From assembly GCA_051362555.1 (NCBI GenBank), contig CM120642.1:34188356-34252355 (forward strand): a stretch of DNA of 64,000 nt, given 5' to 3'. The DNA comes from Lingula anatina. Its lineage: Eukaryota; Animalia; Brachiopoda. Below, piece by piece: positions 25,201-34,200 of the stretch. Numbering within the stretch: position 1 is the stretch's first letter; each line of letters starts with the position of its first letter. The notes beneath the pieces are model-generated. The model was not told the DNA's origin. It saw only the letters and a program-made list of their open reading frames with translations, and did no database searches. A program made the position numbers and the translations under genes.

Positions 25201-28200
25201 CTGACAAAATGTATGAAGACCTCATAGTTTGTTTCATTGCTAAACAGCTCGTAAAAATTGATGACATGAAAAGCAGGCATATAAAAATAAAGAAGATAAC
25301 ATAAATATGATAATAAGTTGTAAATAAAATGCATATCTTTTTAAATTCTTTTATTAGTCAGGAATGATTATCAACCAGAAGAAAACAAACTTAATTATCA
25401 CAAATGGTTGCATATAGGATCATGGATATATAAGGCTGCCTGGTTAAGGTAATGAACTGTGAACTGCATAGATATTTAAGGTAATGAACTGTGAACTGCA
25501 TAGATATTTAAGGTATTGAACTGTGAACTGCATAGATATTTAAGGTAATGAACTGTGAACTGCATAGATATTTAAGGTATTGAACTGTGAACTGCATAGA
25601 CATTTAAGGTAATGAACTGTGAACTGCATAGATATTTAAGGTAATGAACTGTGAACTGCATAGATATTTAAGGTATTGAACTGTGAACTGCATAGATATT
25701 TAAGGTAATGAACTGTGAACTGCATAGATATTTAAGGTAATGAACTGTGAACTGCATAGATATTTAAGGTATTGAACTGTGAACTGCATAGACATTTAAG
25801 GTAATGAACTGTGAACTGCATAGATATTTAAGGTAATGAACTGTGAACTGCATAGATATTTAAGGTAATGAACTGTGAACTGCATAGATATTTAAGGTAA
25901 TGAACTGTGAACTGCATAGATATTTAAGGTAATGAACTGTGAACTGCATAGATATTTAAGCAAAGACATCCATTGGAATTCACATAAAAGAAAAATGTCA
26001 AACATTTTGAAGTAAAGACACAACAAAAATGATGTTGAGACAAATATGCAGTAAAGAACCAAGTGATGAAGTTTTTCTTAATATCAAGTATGCTGCATGG
26101 TTGTGAGGCTTGAGCCAATAATAGCACTCAAGGTGTCTTGGTGACCTTTACACAAAATATTAAGTCTCTATTTGTTGTAAATGGAACCACATAAATCATG
26201 TCTTTTAAAACTTGGACTGATAAGCACAGAGGTCTGTGTTATGCTCCTATTTCACACACACCACAAATCCCACGAATCGCCATGAATTGACAAATTTCAG
26301 GATTCATGGTTGAATCGTATTCAGTTTGTGAAGTTCTTAACAGATTCGTATATATTCGTAGTCAGTTCTTGAAATTCTTGACCAACAAGAATTCGTGGCA
26401 AAAACTTTGATGGCCCTATTTCACTCAGACCATGAATCCCACGAATCGCCAGGAATTAAATATATTTATTTTTCAAGGAGATATCAATAGCTATGATGAA
26501 ATAGACAAAGTCCCGAGCATAGAAAGGGTAAAAAATGGGAACAAAAAAAATGTCAGTTATATTCAGAAACTAAAGCCATGTTCAGCATAAGTGACATATA
26601 GAATTTTCAGACAATTTTCTCTGGTGCAAACTAACCTCCAGCTTATCAACAATGGTTTTCTTGGTGAGGTCCACCAGCTCTTGGTCATCTATGGAGAAAG
26701 CAGGGAAACTGACAATACTGATCAACCCAGCATCTACTTCCTGAAATACACAGTAATATAGTAAGTTAAAGGATTTTATCCTGAAATACACATTAAATTA
26801 CAAATCTTTATCCTTTTAGGTTCCAACAATATTATTGCTTCTGATGATAAAAAAATTAACACATGCAAGATTTGTTTTTCTAATTATTCATACGCATTTG
26901 TCAGCCATAATCTATCATGAAAGTCATGTCTTTTTTAGTGTAAAAAACACTGAGATACAGTTAACAATAAGTATAAAAGTGACTGATGGGAGAAAAATAA
27001 TTTTTAGAAAAAATTTTATTAGTTTTCACAAAGATGTAGTCAGCCTTGGTATAATTGATCTAAATCAGTCCAATTAAAGTTATGTGTCTAATTCACATTT
27101 TGCTGTGTATTATATCTACCTTTGAATTAGATTCTCTGGGCAGCATTGACTGTAATATAGCCTGAAAACATACAAAGCAAAATATCCACTTGTTCCCAAG
27201 GTTAGCTTTGATAAGAATAAAGTATATATTAATTAGATTCTCTGGGCAGCATTGACTGTAATATAGCCTGAAAACATACAAAGCAAAATATCCACTTGTT
27301 CCCAAAGTTAGCTTTGATAAGAATAAAGTATATATTAATTAGATTCTCTGGGCAGCATTGACTGTAATATAGCCTGAAAACATACAAAGCAAAATATCCA
27401 CTTGTTCCCAAGGTTAGCTTTGATAAGAATAATGTATATATTAATTAGATTCTCTGGGCAGCATTGACTGTAATATAGCCTGAAAACATACAAAGCAAAA
27501 TATCCACTTGTTCCCAAGGTTAGCTTTGATAAGAATAATGTATATATTAATTAGGGCAGCATTGACTGTAATATAGCCTGAAAACATACAAAGCAAAATA
27601 TCCACTTGTTCCCAAGGTTAGCTTTGATAAGAATAATGTATATATTAATTAGATTCTCTGGGCAGCATTGACTGTAATATAGCCTGAAAACATACAAAGC
27701 AAAATATCCACTTGTTCCCAAGGTTAGCTTTGATAAGAATAATGTATATATTAATTAGGGCAGCATTGACTGTAATATAGCCTGAAAACATACAAAGCAA
27801 AATATCCACTTGTTCCCAAGGTTAGCTTTGATAAGAATAAAGTATATATTAATTAGATTCTCTGGGCAGCATTGACTGTAATATAGCCTGAAAACATACA
27901 AAGCAAAATATCCACTTGTTCCCAAGGTTAGCTTTGATAAGAATAATGTATATATTAATTAGATTCTCTGGGCAGCATTGACTGTAATATAGCCTGAAAA
28001 CATACAAAGCAAAATATCCACTTGTTCCCAAAGTTAGCTTTGATCAGTATAAAGTATATATTAATTAGTGCTTGCCTTGGGGCTAGTTGGTGAGTTCCAT
28101 ATCTACAACATAAAACAGCATTCATTCAAGTTACTCATAAATACTCACATTATCACATGAATCACGACACTGTTTTATGAGTTCAGGTATCAGCAGTAGA

Positions 28201-31200
28201 AAATCTAGTCAATCTGAGACACACCTGCCTTCCTACCTGACACTGTTTTATGTATACCAGACTGTCTTCCTACCTGTCACTGTTTTATGTATACTGGACT
28301 GTCTTCCTACCTGTCACTGTTTTATGTATACTGGACTGTCTTCCTACCTGTCACTGTTTTATGTATACCGGACTGTCTTCCTACCTGTCACTGTTTTATG
28401 TATACTGTACTGTCTTCCTACCTGTCACTGTTTTATGTATACTGGACTGTCTTCCTACCTGTCACTGTTTTATGTATACTGGACTGTCTTCCTACCTGTC
28501 ACTGTTTTATGTATACTGGACTGTCTTCCTACCTGACACTGTTTTATGTATACTGGACTGTCTTCCTACCTGTAATGTTTTATGTATACTGGACTGTCTT
28601 CCTACCTGTCACTGTTTTATGTATACTGGACTGTCTTCCTACCTGTCACTGTTTTATGTATACTGGACTGTCTTCCTACCTGTCACTGTTTTATGTATAC
28701 TGTACTGTCTTCCTACCTGTCACTGTTTTATGTATACTGGACTGTCTTCCTACCTGACACTGTTTTATGTATACTGGACTGTCTTCCTACCTGTCACTGT
28801 TTTATGTATACTGGACTGTCTTCCTACCTGACACTGTTTTATGTATACTGGACTGTCTTGCTACCTGACACTGTTTTATGTATACTGGACTGTCTTCCTA
28901 CCTGTAATGTTTTATGTATACTGGACTGTCTTCCTACCTGACACTGTTTTATGTATACCAGACTGTCTTCCTACCTGTCACTGTTTTATGTATACTGGAC
29001 TGTCTTCCTACCTGTCACTGTTTTATGTATACTGGACTGTCTTCCTACCTGTCACTGTTTTATGTATACCGGACTGTCTTCCTACCTGTCACTGTTTTAT
29101 GTATACTGTACTGTCTTCCTACCTGTCACTGTTTTATGTATACTGGACTGTCTTCCTACCTGTCACTGTTTTATGTATACTGGACTGTCTTCCTACCTGT
29201 CACTGTTTTATGTATACTGGACTGTCTTCCTACCTGACACTGTTTTATGTATACTGGACTGTCTTCCTACCTGTAATGTTTTATGTATACTGGACTGTCT
29301 TCCTACCTGTCACTGTTTTATGTATACTGGACTGTCTTCCTACCTGTCACTGTTTTATGTATACTGGACTGTCTTCCTACCTGTCACTGTTTTATGTATA
29401 CTGTACTGTCTTCCTACCTGTCACTGTTTTATGTATACTGGACTGTCTTCCTACCTGACACTGTTTTATGTATACTGGACTGTCTTCCTACCTGTCACTG
29501 TTTTATGTATACTGGACTGTCTTCCTACCTGACACTGTTTTATGTATACTGGACTGTCTTGCTACCTGACACTGTTTTATGTATACTGGACTGTCTTCCT
29601 ACCTGTAATGTTTTATGTATACTGGACTGTCTTCCTACCTGACACTGTTTTATGTATACTGTACTGTCTTCCTACCTGTAATGTTTTATGTATACTGGAC
29701 TGTCTTCCTACCTGACACTGTTTTATGTATACTGGACTGTCTTCCTACCTGTAATGTTTTATGTATACTGTACTGTCTTCCTACCTGTCACTGTTTTATG
29801 TATACTGTACTGTCTTCCTACCTGTCACTGTTTTATGTATACTGTACTGTCTTCCTACCTGTAATGTTTTATGTATACTGGACTGTCTTCCTACATGACA
29901 CTGTTTTATGTATACTGGACTGTTTTCCTACCTGACACTGTTTTACGTATACTGGACTGTCTTCCTACCTGTCACTGTTTTACGTATACTGGACTGTCTT
30001 CCTACCTGTCACTGTTTTACGTATACTGTACTGTCTTCCTACCTGTCACTGTTTTATGTATACTGGACTGTCTTCCTACCTGACACTGTTTTATGTATAC
30101 TGTACTGTCTTCCTACCTGACACTGTTTTATGTATACTGGACTGTCTTCCTACCTGACACTGTTTTATGTATACTGGACTGTCTTCCTACCTGTAATGTT
30201 TTATGTATACTGGACTGTCTTCCTACCTGACACTGTTTTATGTATACTGGACTGTCTTCCTACCTGTCACTGTTTTATGTATACTGGACTGTCTTCCTAC
30301 CTGACACTGTTTTATGTATACTGTACTGTCTTCCTACCTGTAATGTTTTATGTATACTGGACTGTCTTCCTACCTGTCACTGTTTTATGTATACTGGACT
30401 GTCTTCCTACCTGACACTGTTTTATGTATACTGGACTGTCTTCCTACCTGTAATGTTTTATGTATACTGTACTGTCTTCCTACCTGTAATGTTTTATGTA
30501 TACTGGACTGTCTTCCTACCTGACACTGTTTTATGTATACTGGACTGTCTTCCTACCTGTAATGTTTTATGTATACTGTACTGTCTTCCTACCTGTAATG
30601 TTTTATGTATACTGGACTGTCTTCCTACCTGTAATGTTTTATGTATACTGGACTGTCTTCCTACCTGACACTGTTTTATGTATACTGGACTGTCTTCCTA
30701 CCTGTAATGTTTTATGTATACTGGACTGTCTTCCTACCTGACACTGTTTTATGTATACTGGACTGTCTTCCTACCTGTCACTGTTTTATGTATACTGGAC
30801 TGTCTTCCTACCTGACACTGTTTTATGTATACTGTACTGTCTTCCTACCTGTAATGTTTTATGTATACTGGACTGTCTTCCTACCTGTCACTGTTTTATG
30901 TATACTGGACTGTCTTCCTACCTGACACTGTTTTATGTATACTGGACTGTCTTCCTACCTGTCACTGTTTTATGTATACTGGACTGTCTTCCTACCTGTC
31001 ACTGTTTTATGTATACTGTACTGTCTTCCTACCTGACACTGTTTTATGTATACTGGACTGTCTTCCTACCTGACACTGTTTTATGTATACTGGACTGTCT
31101 TCCTACCTGTCACTGTTTTATGTATACTGGACTGTCTTCCTACCTGTCACTGTTTTATGTATACTGTACTGTCTTCCTACCTGTCACTGTTTTATGTATA

Positions 31201-34200
31201 CTGGACTGTCTTCCTACCTGTCACTGTTTTATGTATACTGTACTGTCTTCCTACCTGTCACTGGTTTATGTATACTGGACTGTCTTCCTACCTGACACTG
31301 TTTTATGTATACTGGACTGTCTTCCTACCTGACACCGTTTTATGTATACTGGACTGTCTTCCTACCTGACACTGTTTTATGTATACTGGACTGTCTTCCT
31401 ACCTGTAATGTTTTATGTATACTGTACTGTCTTCCTACCTGACACTGTTTTATGTATACTGGACTGTCTTCCTACCTGACACTGTTTTATGTATACTGGA
31501 CTGTCTTCCTACCTGACACTGTTTTATGTATACTGGACTGTCTTCCTACCTGTAATGTTTTATGTATACTGGACTGTCTTCCTACCTGACACTGTTTTAT
31601 GTATACTGGACTGTCTTCCTACCTGTAATGTTTTATGTATACTGTACTGTCTTCCTACCTGACACTGTTTTATGTATACTGGACTGTCTTCCTACCTGAC
31701 ACTGTTTTATGTATACTGGACTGTCTTCCTACCTGACACTGTTTTATGTATACTGGACTGTCTTCCTACCTGTAATGTTTTATGTATACTGGACTGTCTT
31801 CCTACCTGACACTGTTTTATGTATACTGGACTGTCTTCCTACCTGACACTGTTTTATGTATACTGGACTGTCTTCCTACCTGACACTGTTTTATGTATAC
31901 TGGACTGTCTTCCTACCTGACACTGTTGAGACTCATCAGCCAGGACGTGGATCACTGACTCTGGACCTCCGCGGGCACCAAACAAGTCCAGCTCATTAAT
32001 GGCCTCCAGTGCGGCCTAAAGAGAAGAGGAACATAATATACATAAATTGACTCAGACTTCAATAACACAACAAAACAAAAAAAAAAGTTGATCATCTCAA
32101 AGAGATGCTTTCATTTATCAAATACCAAAATATAATGAGAAACAAGATTTACAGGACTGATAAAACAAGGCAACACCTTCAACCAATGTGAAAACAGCCA
32201 ATACTGGAAATATCAGTTCAATAAAGTCAGAATAATGTTATCAGTTTCAGAGCTATGCTAACATCTACCTACCTTTGCCATGCCAATAGAGGATGAGTTC
32301 AGTTCTGGCAGACCATGGTTGGTTTTGTCTCCTCTTTCCCATATTCCATAATCCTAAATTGACATAATCATGCTTTGTTATAAATTCAATTTCCTCTCAA
32401 TAGGCTTCTCTTCTTCCTACTCCTACAAAGACATATCTTGGTTTTCTTTGAATTCTACATCGTGGGTTTTTATTCTAATTTGCAGCACATGCACTGTTTT
32501 TTATTACTATTCTATGTAAACTTCCTTGAAACCTGGTGCAGTTTAAAAATCAAGTTTGCTACCAAATCATAATAAAGGATACAAAGAATGAACTGCAGCA
32601 CACTTTGTGATGCAACTATGTTTTCCTCAGCTAACTTTTAGCTGATTTACTTCACTTACTGGTATTCTGTAAGCAGCTTCAATATAAAATACCAGATTCT
32701 GAACAAAGGCCACTTCATCTAATGTAAATATCAGCTGTAGACCTAAAAACAAACATGGAACTTGGAACACTTCAATTTTAACATGAAAATTGTAAAAAAA
32801 AAAAAATGTAATGCATTTTTCATGAGCAATATATAGTCTTCTCATAACAATAACATATAAAAACAATTTCTTAAAGCAAATAATCAATAAATACATTTAA
32901 GCTTCACTTCTCACCTTGGAGCTGGTGAGAGCAAATAAGTTATTTATTTGGGGCATTCCATTTCCTCTTTTGTAACATCTTTTCCCCTTCATAACTCCTT
33001 CTTCTCCACATAAGATCAATTACATAAAACTTATACATCTCTTTATTGCCATTAAAAATTAAGATTGCACCTCACCTTAATGTTTACTAGAGAAGTACAA
33101 AGGGTATTAATATTTGGGGGGATATATACTATGAACTGGAGAAGACAAATTAATATTTGGAGCGATATATATACTGTGAACTCCCTGTAGCTTTAAAACA
33201 AGGTGTTACAGTATCAACATGTTGTAGTGTGTTCTGACCTGAGGCAGTCATCTCTGCCAGACACAGTAAATACAAAGATGTGGCATCAATCTGCAGGTGC
33301 CCCCACTGCCCATCCCCCACACATGTAGCTCCAGTACACGCATCATATTTAGCATGTAATGCATCCCTGGGATTTTGAGTCTTCTTAAATGTTTCCAACT
33401 TGTCCACTTGCTTCATCATGCAGCTGAGGAGACCGCGCATCAATTTCACAACACTCTATAAGATAATTAGTGTATATAAAGGCCTTACAATTAGTGTTGG
33501 TAAATATTATATTATACCATCAAAATAAAATACCTTATAAAAATTGCAGCAAATTTCATATATCTTTGAAAAGCATCAAACTGGACAAAAGTGAAATAAA
33601 AAGATTTTGAATAAAACAAAATCATGGTAAACGTTTTGCTGAGACTGTGCAGTCCTTACCTGTTCCAGTTCATATGCTTTAGCTCTGTCTTCATCCATGT
33701 TGGCTTGCTTCTTATATGCCAATGCCAGGCCCCAGACACAGAGAATGGAGTAGAGATTGTCGCGTACCCAGGCATGATTCGAGTTATTTCCAGGAAGGAG
33801 ACCTGTCACTGGATTCTGAAATTTATAACAATCAAGGTCCTTTATTCAGGGCCCGAGGGCATGATTAGAATTATTCCAAGGAAGAAGACCTTTCACAAGA
33901 CCAATGACCCTTTTGGATCAATGACCGTTCAGACCAATGAACCATAGGTTTAACCACACACAGCCAATAGATATCAGGACAATTTCCACCTGATGATACC
34001 CACACCCATTCCAACAGAATATATATTTATATTCAAAAATAAAGCATAGAGTAAAAAGTTCAAATCTTTCTTCTACTGTATGACTTTTTCTTAGTGTGAT
34101 GATGCACCTCAACAATAAATTTCATTAAACAATTCATTTTCATGGAGTACAAGTACAGAAAATTTCAGAAATAGAAGTACAAAAAAATTTATGAAAAATC

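Noticed and set aside
26244-26460. Two similar cctatttcac...cccacgaatcgcca segments
   Set aside because: Probably transposon end remnants; boundaries and TSD could not be defined
28177-31369. Many hydrophobic plus-strand ORFs
   Set aside because: Antisense translations of the 37-bp donor array
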